Positions 26,636 to 34,185 of a stretch of DNA of 51,416 bases are shown here, one piece after another. A program made the translations under genes and the position numbers. Every line of letters begins with the position of its first letter. Positions within the stretch are counted from its first letter, which is position 1. Source of the DNA: Patescibacteria group bacterium (GTDB lineage Bacteria > Patescibacteriota > Patescibacteriia > PEXW01); NCBI GenBank assembly GCA_038065015.1, contig JBBTRU010000001.1, forward strand, positions 1 through 51,416, read 5' to 3'. A model generated the notes under the pieces. The model was given only the letters and a program-made list of their open reading frames with translations. It made no database searches and was not told the origin of the DNA.

Positions 26636-26694
26636 AACTGACTATAGTGTTGGGTAAATATGCCCAGCCAAATTGGTGCGGAACGTTTTGAACA

Positions 26695-27336
26695 TTAGCG
26701 ATGTTTCGCTTTAGCAATTTTTCCCAGCTGCACGCGCACGCTGCCCTGCCGCAAGATAACCGGCGGCGTTACCGAAAGATCGACAATGGTGGAAGGCGGT
26801 TCTTCGGGAATTTCACCCGCATCCAGCACGAAGTCTGGCTGGATTGGCTGCTGCTCGAAGTGCCGCACCACTTCCTGCCCCACGTAAAAAACGCCGGCGC
26901 CCGAAAGATTCGCGCTGGTACAGGTAATGGGCCTACCCAGGCCGCTCACCAAAGTTTGGGCAATCGGCTGGTTTGCCTGGCGGATACCGAGCGTAGGCTT
27001 GCCAAGCGTGAGCGCGCTCGGCAGTGTATTGGTGTGCGGCAAAATGAGCGTGACTGGCCCTGGCCAGTAGCTCTTGATAAAGGTGTGCGCGGCATCACTT
27101 ATCTGCACGTACTTCTTCGCCATAGTAATGCCGGTGACCAGCACCGGCAGGGCCTTCTGCGCGCGGTGCTTCATAACGAAGAGCTTGCCAATGGCTTCCT
27201 CGTTCGTTGCGTCAACAGCCAAGCCATATGCGGTATCGGTTGGGTACACCACCACGCCCCCGGCCATGAGCACCGCCAAAGCTTGCCGGATGAAAACCGG
27301 ATTAGGTTTTTTCGCATTAATGGCAACAATTTGCAT
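26695..27336 (-). CDS. tsaC: L-threonylcarbamoyladenylate synthase (TsaC/YrdC/Sua5 family)
   Basis: VVVYPTDTAYGLAVDATNEEAIGKLFVMKHRAQKALPVLV, YWPGPVTLIL, GIRQANQPIAQTLV..PITCTSANLSGAG. Confidence 0.85.
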   Translation of the reverse strand: MQIVAINAKKPNPVFIRQALAVLMAGGVVVYPTDTAYGLAVDATNEEAIGKLFVMKHRAQKALPVLVTGITMAKKYVQISDAAHTFIKSYWPGPVTLILPHTNTLPSALTLGKPTLGIRQANQPIAQTLVSGLGRPITCTSANLSGAGVFYVGQEVVRHFEQQPIQPDFVLDAGEIPEEPPSTIVDLSVTPPVILRQGSVRVQLGKIAKAKHR

Positions 27337-27343
27337 AGGCGGG

Positions 27344-27865
27344 TTACAAGGCGAGGTAGTGCTTGGCGGGTTGTGTGGTCAAATCCCAATCCACCGATTT
27401 GGTTTCAACGCCATACTTTTCGCGAAGAGCAAGCTCCACGTTCGCAATGGCATCTTGCAGGTGGAGGCCGGCGCGCTCGGCAACGGCCGTACTCACCGCC
27501 TGTAAAATCTGGTCGCGTCGTTCTGCCGATGCATAGCCCGTCGCGAGGTTGGCGCGCACCAGCAGCCAGATGAGATCGTACAGCATTTGCTCAACATCGG
27601 CGGTAACTACCAATGAGAGCGGCGCTGGCACACTTGTTCCATCGGCAATGAGGTAGATAGGTATCGTGTGCTGGGCCGCCGTCCAGGGAAAGCCGGTCAC
27701 CTGCGGGATTGCGTCCAGGATAGGCCCGATCGCATCGTAGAATACCCGTTCGAATACTTCGCCTCGAAAAATGAGTTCCTGCCAGGCTTCTTTAAATGCC
27801 GCTGGGCCCCGGTACAGCCGCTCGGCGTAATCGTGGTTGTAGATGAGATCGGCCTGCGGGGTCAT
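27344..27865 (-). CDS. Hypothetical protein
   Basis: The ORF is open 27344..27967. The ATG at 27865 (MTPQADLIYNHDY) is preferred because it avoids overlap with the DUF559 gene. No motif recognised. Confidence 0.5.
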   Translation of the reverse strand: MTPQADLIYNHDYAERLYRGPAAFKEAWQELIFRGEVFERVFYDAIGPILDAIPQVTGFPWTAAQHTIPIYLIADGTSVPAPLSLVVTADVEQMLYDLIWLLVRANLATGYASAERRDQILQAVSTAVAERAGLHLQDAIANVELALREKYGVETKSVDWDLTTQPAKHYLAL

Positions 27866-27887
27866 GCTCGTACTGTAGCAAGTCTGT

Positions 27888-28238
27888 CTATTTGCTGCGA
27901 GTGAGTTGTGCAAGTATCGTTTCAACAATACCCTCAATGTTGGTTTCAACCTCGTTACTCCACACACGTATCACCTTCCAATCTTGTGCCTGAAACCAGG
28001 CATCTCGTTCTGCATCGTATTTCTGTTGGCTTGGCATTGCGTGTCCTCCGCCATCTACTTCAATAATCAGGCGTTTACCGGGCGCAGCAAAGTCGGCAAT
28101 GTATGGCCCCACTGGATATTGCCGAAAGAATTTTACGCCATTCAAGCGTTTTGCCCTAAGGTGTTGCCATAACTTGGTTTCAGAGGGTGTTTGACGTCTT
28201 CGTAAGGAACGAGCGCGTTGAGTAAAAATTGCGGCCAT
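27888..28238 (-). CDS. DUF559 (Vsr-like endonuclease fold) protein
   Basis: RARSLRRRQTPSETKLWQHLRAKRLNGVKFFRQYPVGPYIADFAAPGKRLIIEVDGGGH...ERDAWFQAQDWKVIRVWSNEV is the DUF559 pattern. The start is set at ATG 28238 (MAAIFTQ). The 43 upstream codons in the track ORF are translated hairpin repeats. Confidence 0.75.
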   Translation of the reverse strand: MAAIFTQRARSLRRRQTPSETKLWQHLRAKRLNGVKFFRQYPVGPYIADFAAPGKRLIIEVDGGGHAMPSQQKYDAERDAWFQAQDWKVIRVWSNEVETNIEGIVETILAQLTRSK

Positions 28239-28371
28239 ATAAACTCTTTTCTCCTCTCCCTCGTTCCCTCCCCTACACGAGGGGAGGGAGGTGATAGTAA
28301 TGTCTTTACCGAATAGAGCTTCCTCCCTCTCCCCCTTGTGGGAGAGGGTTGGGGAGAGGGGTGGCAATGAT
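28239..28371. repeat. Cluster of CCCTCYCC/GGRGAGGG hairpins (family 2), directly 3' of the leuS stop
   Basis: ccctcccct-acacg-aggggaggg (28266-28288, 9-bp stem) and ccctctcc-cccttgtg-ggagaggg (28325-28348, 8-bp stem), plus ggggagagggg. Same motif family as 45955..46330 and 29634..29690. Confidence 0.7.
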
Positions 28372-30993
28372 TTACACCACGATACTCACCAACTTCCCTT
28401 TCACCACGATAATCTTCTTTGGGGTTTTGCCGTCCAGCCAGTGCTGAATTTTTTCAGACGCCAGAGCTTTGGCTTGCAGATCTTCCGCGCGGGTACCCGA
28501 AGCGACGGTGAACTTGTCGCGTACTTTTCCGTTAATTTGGACCACTACTTCCACATTTTCTGCCACGACTTTCGACGCATCGAAGCTTGGCCACTCCTGG
28601 TCGTGTACCTGATCTTTGTGGCCAAGCTGCACCCACAGCTCTTGCGCCAAGTGCGGGGCGAAAGGCGAGAGCAAGGTGATAAAAATTACAAACTCTTTCT
28701 TCGAAACAGACTCCCAAGTTGTAGCTGCGTTTACCCACTTCATAAAGTTGCTCACCGCTGTGTTCAAAGAGAACGATGCAATATCCTCGCCAATGTGTTT
28801 GACGAGTGCATGCGTCTCGCGATGCAAAGTATCACCAGGTGTTACCTTGTCTTGTAATTGCCATACCTTCTCGAGGAAACGCCGCACGCCCACAATCCCG
28901 CGCGTGCTCCAGGGCTTGGCGTCTTCCAGCGGCCCCATGAACATTTCGAACATGCGCAAGCTATCCGCACCGTACTCCCGCACAATGAGGTCGGGGGTAA
29001 TAACATTGCCGCGACTCTTGCTCATCTTCTGGCCGTCTTCGGCGAGTATCAACCCTTGGTTAATGAGCTTGGTAAACGGTTCATCGGGCAGGCTCTTTGG
29101 CACTACTTCAATATCGTGCAAGAACTTGTAGATGAAACGGGCATACAGCAAGTGCAACACGGCGTGCTCGGCCCCGCCAATATAGGTGTCTACCGGTAAC
29201 CAAGCTTTGAGTTTTTCCGGGTCGGCGAGTTGCTTAGCATTGTGCGGGTCGCAGTAGCGTAAGAAGTACCAGTTAGAACCCGCCCACTGCGGCATAGTGT
29301 TGGTCTCCCGTTTAGCTGGCCCGCCACATTTTGGACAGGTGGTGTTCACCCAACTCTTGATGCCGGCGAGCGGCGATTCTCCCGTGCCAGTGGGTTCGTA
29401 CTTTTCTACATCGGGCAGAACGACTGGCAGTTGTTCCTCGGGAACACCAACGATTCCGTCTTTTGGGCAATGCACCATCGGAATCGGCTCGCCCCAGTAG
29501 CGTTGGCGGCTGAACACCCAGTCGCGGAGCTTGTAGTTGGTGGCGGCTTTACCGTTGCCGGTTTTTTCTAACCAACCGACAATGGCTTTGCGGAATTCTT
29601 GCGAGGTGAGGCCTTCATACGGTCCGTCGTACGTCCCCTCCCTCTCTCCCTCCCCCCCTTGCAAAGGGGGGGCAGCAGGGGGGGTAACCATAATGCCCTC
29701 GCCTGTCCAGCACTCACTCTCTATATCACTGCCAAGGTGCCCCCATGCACCGGGGCTTGCAACCGGTTCAAGTGCATTTCTGGGCATTACTTTTGGCGGT
29801 TCAATAACTTTCTTTACAGGTAGCTTAAATTTCTTCGCAAACGCGTGGTCACGCTCGTCGTGCGCAGGCACGGCCATAATGGCCCCCGTGCCGTAGCTGA
29901 CCAGTACATAGTCCGCAATCCACACCGGGATTTTTTCATTGTTCACCGGGTTGATAGCGTAGGCACCGGTGAACACGCCGGTTTTTTCTTTGGCAAGCTC
30001 GGTGCGTTCCAAATCAGACTTCTGGCTCGCGTGCTTCTGGTACTTTTCTACGGCTTTCCGCTGCTCGTCAGTGGTGATTTGTGAAACAAGCGCGTGCTCG
30101 GGCGAGAGTACCATGTACGTCGCGCCGAAGAGCGTGTCGGGGCGGGTGGTGAAGACTTTAATATTGTCATTGCGAGGAGACCCGCTATTGCGGGACGACG
30201 ACCTGCCCGCCGCACTCGCCTGGGCGAGGCAGGCGGGAGCAATCTTGTCTTTGCTATTAACAGCAGGATTACTCGCAATGACAAACTGAACCTCCGCCCC
30301 CTCACTCTTCCCAATCCAGTTGCGTTGTGATTGCTTGATGCTCTCTGGCCAGTCCAGCTGGTCGAGATCATTCAGCAAGCGCTCGATGTACTTGGCGTCG
30401 GTAATCTTCACCAGCCACTGACGAATATTCTTTTTCTCGACGACGGTGCCGCAGCGGTCGCATTTGCCGCCGACGACTTCTTCATTGGCCAAACCGGTCT
30501 TGTCTTTGGGGCACCAGTTGATTGGCGCTTCGGCTTCGTACGCCAAACCGTGCTCAAAGAGCTTAAGGAAAATCCACTGCGTCCACTTGTAGTATTCCGG
30601 ATCGGTGGTGTTCACCTCCCGCGACCAGTCGTAACTAAAACCCAGGGACTGAATCTGACGTTTGAAATTGGCAATGTTCTTTTTGAGGGTGACGGTGGGG
30701 TGCGTACCGGTTTTGATGGCGTAGTTCTCGGCGGGCAAGCCAAAGGCATCCCAACCCATGGGGTGGAGCACTTGTTTGCCCTGCATCCGCAGGTACCGGC
30801 TGAAAATGTCGGACGCGGTGTAGCCCTCGGGATGGCCAACGTGCAGCCCGTCGCCCGAAGGGTACGGGAACATATCCAAAATGTATGCCTTAGCTTTGCC
30901 AGGCACAGCCGAAACAGTAAAAGCGCCCGAGCCGTACCAGATATCCTGCCACTTTTGCTCTACTTTTTTGTGGTCATAGTGCTCCTGGGCCAT
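28372..30993 (-). CDS. leuS: Leucine--tRNA ligase, carrying two repeat-derived in-frame insertions
   Basis: Class I signatures: PYPSGDGLHVGHPEGY (HIGH region), KMSKSRGN (KMSKS), TTRPDTLFGATYMVLSPEH (CP1/editing), YKLRDWVFSRQRYWGEPIPMVHC. The start is set at ATG 30993 (MAQEHYDHKKVEQKWQ). Confidence 0.95.
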   Translation of the reverse strand: MAQEHYDHKKVEQKWQDIWYGSGAFTVSAVPGKAKAYILDMFPYPSGDGLHVGHPEGYTASDIFSRYLRMQGKQVLHPMGWDAFGLPAENYAIKTGTHPTVTLKKNIANFKRQIQSLGFSYDWSREVNTTDPEYYKWTQWIFLKLFEHGLAYEAEAPINWCPKDKTGLANEEVVGGKCDRCGTVVEKKNIRQWLVKITDAKYIERLLNDLDQLDWPESIKQSQRNWIGKSEGAEVQFVIASNPAVNSKDKIAPACLAQASAAGRSSSRNSGSPRNDNIKVFTTRPDTLFGATYMVLSPEHALVSQITTDEQRKAVEKYQKHASQKSDLERTELAKEKTGVFTGAYAINPVNNEKIPVWIADYVLVSYGTGAIMAVPAHDERDHAFAKKFKLPVKKVIEPPKVMPRNALEPVASPGAWGHLGSDIESECWTGEGIMVTPPAAPPLQGGEGEREGTYDGPYEGLTSQEFRKAIVGWLEKTGNGKAATNYKLRDWVFSRQRYWGEPIPMVHCPKDGIVGVPEEQLPVVLPDVEKYEPTGTGESPLAGIKSWVNTTCPKCGGPAKRETNTMPQWAGSNWYFLRYCDPHNAKQLADPEKLKAWLPVDTYIGGAEHAVLHLLYARFIYKFLHDIEVVPKSLPDEPFTKLINQGLILAEDGQKMSKSRGNVITPDLIVREYGADSLRMFEMFMGPLEDAKPWSTRGIVGVRRFLEKVWQLQDKVTPGDTLHRETHALVKHIGEDIASFSLNTAVSNFMKWVNAATTWESVSKKEFVIFITLLSPFAPHLAQELWVQLGHKDQVHDQEWPSFDASKVVAENVEVVVQINGKVRDKFTVASGTRAEDLQAKALASEKIQHWLDGKTPKKIIVVKGKLVSIVV
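29634..29690. repeat. Family-2 GC-rich hairpin repeat inside the leuS reading frame
   Basis: tcccctccctctctccctcccccccttgcaaagggggggcagcagggggggtaacc. It is translated as VTPPAAPPLQGGEGEREGT between the conserved GEG and GLTSQEF..YKLRDW segments. Confidence 0.55.
30164..30284. mobile_element. Family-1 MITE-like element inserted in frame in leuS
   Basis: ttgtcattgcgag (30164-30176) and ctcgcaatgacaa (30272-30284) are 13-nt inverted termini. The interior is homologous to 23791..23931. It is translated as VIASNPAVNSKDKIAPACLAQASAAGRSSSRNSGSPRNDN, immediately before the conserved KVFTTRPDT. Confidence 0.6.
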
Positions 30994-31071
30994 GGGCTGC
31001 AGAATACCACGATTTTGCCACTGGAGCAAGCTACTTTTTGGCTAAGGTTAGCCTAAAAAACTCCAAAACCG

Positions 31072-31100
31072 TTGACAGCAAGAGGCTTGGATGCTACCTT
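31072..31100 (+). promoter_or_regulatory. Candidate sigma70-type promoter for the LysM/M23 gene
   Basis: TTGACA (31072-31077), a 17-nt spacer ending in TGc, then TACCTT (31095-31100). The -35 is perfect and the -10 is weak with an extended -10 TG. Confidence 0.3.
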
Positions 31101-31109
31101 TGAGACTCG

Positions 31110-31141
31110 AAAAATCTCTTGGTACATGCCGGAGATTTTTT
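31110..31141 (+). terminator. Terminator-like hairpin in the leader (possible attenuator)
   Basis: aaaaatctc-ttggtacatgccg-gagattttt followed by t. The stem is 9 bp, with an A-tract 5' and a T-tract 3'. It starts ~10 nt after the predicted -10, about 200 nt before the first possible start codon. Confidence 0.3.
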
Positions 31142-31337
31142 GCTATCTACCTCCTTACTGGTTGTGGCCCGGCCGATTTGCCCGTAGTGCCAGCCAACGC
31201 CCCGCGGAGGAACGAAAGTCACTTGTATTTCTACTCGGCTCACCCAACTCGCCATCCGCACAACCGTCTCGATACTTCGAGGCTTTGCCAAGCTCTTCGT
31301 CGGGCTGGGCCGAGTTCTCTGGTTTGTACTCTTACCG

Positions 31338-32543
31338 TTGCGCTGGATATTCCGGACGGTTATACCAGCAGTGGCGCGGCCACTCTACCGCGTGTACCGC
31401 TTGCTCCGCAGCGCACTCAATCGCATCCTCGCCCCGGCAAAAAACCGCTGGGCGTACTTTTTGCTGCATCGCAACACGGTCACCGGGGTTATTGCACTTA
31501 TGGCGCTGCTCATTGCCTTTAACAACGTGCAAGCGCGCGACCAGCAGAGCGAGACCATTGGCCAGCAGAGCCTCTTTGCCACATTCTTCCCCACGGACTT
31601 GGCCGAGGATGTGGAAATTGTGGAAGGGGCAGTTGCGCCAATCAACCACGAGGACAAACTCGCGCTTACGCCCACCAGCCAGCAAGCCCGGCCAGCACCC
31701 GATACCACGACGGACCAGGCAAACACTGCCGAGCAGCAACTGGCGCTTGGCATTGGCGGGAATGGTGACGACCAGGAAGAAGATGTGCGTTTCTACATCG
31801 TCGAAGGGGGCGACACCTTGAGCAGCATTGCCGTGCAATTCGGCATCTCAACCGATACTATCCAGTGGGAAAATAACCTTTCGGATACCGACTTTATTAA
31901 ACCCGGCCAAAAACTCACGATTTTGCCGGTAGACGGCGTCACGCACACTGTCAAAAAGGGCGATACAGTGGCATCGATAGCAAAAAAGTACAAAGCCGAG
32001 GATGAGAAAATTCTGGCCTACAATCGCTTAGCAAATGCCGAGGCACTCAACGAAGGGGAGGAACTTATAATTCCGGGTGGGGTTATCGAATCTGCTGCCC
32101 CACGCCAGGCGCCGCAGAACCCAACCTCGGCTACCCGACGTCTCGCGCTTTTCAATATTCCCCCGCCCGCGCGCAGCACCACGGGCAAACGAATGCAGTG
32201 GCCATCCTCGAGCCGCCGCATTAACCAGTATTTCAAGTTCCGCCACACCGGCATCGATATTGACGGCAACGTCGGCTCGCCGGTATATGCTGCCGACAGC
32301 GGCGTGGTGGAGAGCGTGACCTACGCCCGCTATGGCTACGGCTTCCACCTGGTTATTAACCACGGCGGCGGCCGCGAAACCCTGTACGCGCACAATGCAA
32401 AAATCTTCGTGCGCCCGGGCCAGTCGGTCAAACGCGGACAAAGCATTGCGGTCATTGGCCTCACTGGTCGAACGACTGGTGCGCACCTGCACTTCGAGGT
32501 TATCCAAAATGGCGCCAAGCGCAATCCGCTAAGCTACCTGTAG
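31338..32543 (+). CDS. Cell-wall hydrolase: 2x LysM + M23 (LytM) metallopeptidase
   Basis: TM (VTGVIALMALLIAF). LysM 1 YIVEGGDTLSSIAVQFGISTDTIQWENNL. LysM 2 HTVKKGDTVASIAKKYKAEDEKILAYNRL. M23 motifs HTGIDIDG and GAHLHFEV. The track start at 31338 is TTG; the true start is uncertain (in-frame GTG/TTG occur within the next ~60 nt). Confidence 0.85.
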   Translation: MRWIFRTVIPAVARPLYRVYRLLRSALNRILAPAKNRWAYFLLHRNTVTGVIALMALLIAFNNVQARDQQSETIGQQSLFATFFPTDLAEDVEIVEGAVAPINHEDKLALTPTSQQARPAPDTTTDQANTAEQQLALGIGGNGDDQEEDVRFYIVEGGDTLSSIAVQFGISTDTIQWENNLSDTDFIKPGQKLTILPVDGVTHTVKKGDTVASIAKKYKAEDEKILAYNRLANAEALNEGEELIIPGGVIESAAPRQAPQNPTSATRRLALFNIPPPARSTTGKRMQWPSSSRRINQYFKFRHTGIDIDGNVGSPVYAADSGVVESVTYARYGYGFHLVINHGGGRETLYAHNAKIFVRPGQSVKRGQSIAVIGLTGRTTGAHLHFEVIQNGAKRNPLSYL

Positions 32544-32627
32544 CAGCGGATGACAAATGGCCTTGAGCAAATCGCCTAGGGTAAAGGGCGAGGCATTTTC
32601 CATGCCCCATATGCTATAAGCTCTTGG

Positions 32628-33449
32628 CTAGGTCTTGCCCTGGCCCGGTAAAAACCGATGAATTTTTTTAATAATCTCGTCAATCGTCAAGTTAGACTTG
32701 ATGAGGTAATCATTGGCCCCCAGTGACTTGCCTTTTTGCACGTCCGAATCTTGCCCCAGGTTCGAGAGCAGGACAATGGGTACTTGCGAAACGACATTAT
32801 CACCCGACGCGCGCACTTGCTGCAAGACGTTGAACCCATCGAGGCCGGGCAAAATAACATCCAAAAGTACGATATCCGGTTTCACCGTTTGTATCTTGAG
32901 CAAGCCTTCGCGGCCGTCCACGGCCACGTGCACGTCGAAGCCCTCGCGTTTGAGTTTGGTGGTCATGAGTTCGCGGAGAAACTGATCGTCTTCCACCAGG
33001 AGTATCCGCACCCCGTTGGCATCTACCACGGACGGGTTGACCGCTGCAGACGGCGTGGGGGTTGGCGCGGCCGGGGCCTCGGGCAAGCGCAATACCTGTC
33101 GCACCTTGGTAACCACTTCTTCTGGCGTTATCTTGGCTTTGATAATGTAGTCCCGCGCGCCGAGGCTGGCGGCCTTGTCTATTTCTACGCCCTGGCCAGA
33201 ATTAGAAATAATAATAATCGGCGGTAAAGGCTTATTCTCGGCTCGCAGGGCGGTGAGGACGTCATACCCATTGAGCACGGGCATGACAATATCGAGGAGG
33301 ACGACATCGTGCTGCTGCGTGCGAAGTAATTCCAGGCCGGCCGCCCCGTCTGCCGCAGACCGGACGGTAAAGCCCTCGCTGGTGAACTTGCTCACCAGGA
33401 CGTCGCGGAGAATTGTCTCGTCTTCGATAATGGCAATGCTATAGGGCAT
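32628..33449 (-). CDS. Response regulator with two receiver (REC) domains and no output domain
   Basis: REC1 IAIIEDETILRDVL..HDVVLLDIVMPVLNGYDVL..IIISN..KAASLGARDYIIK. REC2 ILLVEDDQFLRELM..PDIVLLDVILPGLDGFNVL..VLLSN..GKSLGANDYLIK. Confidence 0.85.
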   Translation of the reverse strand: MPYSIAIIEDETILRDVLVSKFTSEGFTVRSAADGAAGLELLRTQQHDVVLLDIVMPVLNGYDVLTALRAENKPLPPIIIISNSGQGVEIDKAASLGARDYIIKAKITPEEVVTKVRQVLRLPEAPAAPTPTPSAAVNPSVVDANGVRILLVEDDQFLRELMTTKLKREGFDVHVAVDGREGLLKIQTVKPDIVLLDVILPGLDGFNVLQQVRASGDNVVSQVPIVLLSNLGQDSDVQKGKSLGANDYLIKSNLTIDEIIKKIHRFLPGQGKT

Positions 33450-34182
33450 AGGGGGGTGTGGAAGTGGGTCGAACAGTTTGCAAGTTCAGTGGCGGCAGGC
33501 GTGTGGGTCGGTGGTACGCAACCCCGAGAAAGATTGTGAGTAAGCCGGCTATGGAGAAAAAATCACCCAGCACGGCAACAATTTCGGTACTCGTGCGGAA
33601 GGTAATGACCGCCGAGAATGCCAGGAACGTGCTCCCGATGCCGATGGTGTAGGCCCGCACTCGGACAATATGGTTAGCTTTTGCCCGTGCACCCTGCCAT
33701 AGGAATAGAATGGCACCCGGAAGCAGAACGAGCAAGAACAAGGTGGCGGTATACAGCCCGGCACCTGCGCTGGGATTCCAGTTGGTAATACCGGTGCTGG
33801 TATCGACAATCGGTGCGGCCAGATCAACCAGGAGCAAAGCCACCGCCAGTGCTGCCAGGCAAAGGTACCCGGGGAAAAACCACCGGGTCACGCGTGGAAA
33901 GGTGTAGGCCAATACTACCCGTCCATAGAAAGCGTTAGCGAGTAAAAAGAATGCCACGCCAATGCCAAAGGCGTACCCTAAGAAGTCGGTATTCTGGCTA
34001 TCGAAAATGCGGGGTACGGTAAGAAAAAAATACGCCGCCGTGAGGGCGCTATACGTGTAGAAGAAGTACCGGACCATTCGGCTGCCCGGATCTTGGTGCA
34101 TGGCGCGTGCCAGCCGCATGGCTAGGTATACGCACACGCCAGCGTTGGCAAGGTCAACCAGGGTGGAAATGGGTAGGGCCAT
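33439..34182 (-). CDS. Polytopic (about 7 TM) membrane protein between kinase and regulator
   Basis: 247 aa, hydrophobic throughout. Its start lies 4 nt after the stop of the HK gene and its end overlaps the RR start by 11 nt. Confidence 0.55.
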   Translation of the reverse strand: MALPISTLVDLANAGVCVYLAMRLARAMHQDPGSRMVRYFFYTYSALTAAYFFLTVPRIFDSQNTDFLGYAFGIGVAFFLLANAFYGRVVLAYTFPRVTRWFFPGYLCLAALAVALLLVDLAAPIVDTSTGITNWNPSAGAGLYTATLFLLVLLPGAILFLWQGARAKANHIVRVRAYTIGIGSTFLAFSAVITFRTSTEIVAVLGDFFSIAGLLTIFLGVAYHRPTRLPPLNLQTVRPTSTPPYAL

Positions 34183-34185
34183 AGC

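Noticed and set aside
31041-31054. ggctaa-gg-ttagcc inverted repeat between leuS and the divergent promoter, considered as an operator or terminator.
   Set aside because: It has only 6-bp arms with a 2-nt spacer, a single occurrence and no supporting context. It could easily arise by chance.
32544-32627. Convergent-gene gap (M23 peptidase / REC-REC regulator), examined for a bidirectional terminator or a tRNA.
   Set aside because: Only a weak 5-bp hairpin (ggcat-tttcc-atgcc) without T-tracts is present, and no cloverleaf can be drawn. This is not enough to annotate.
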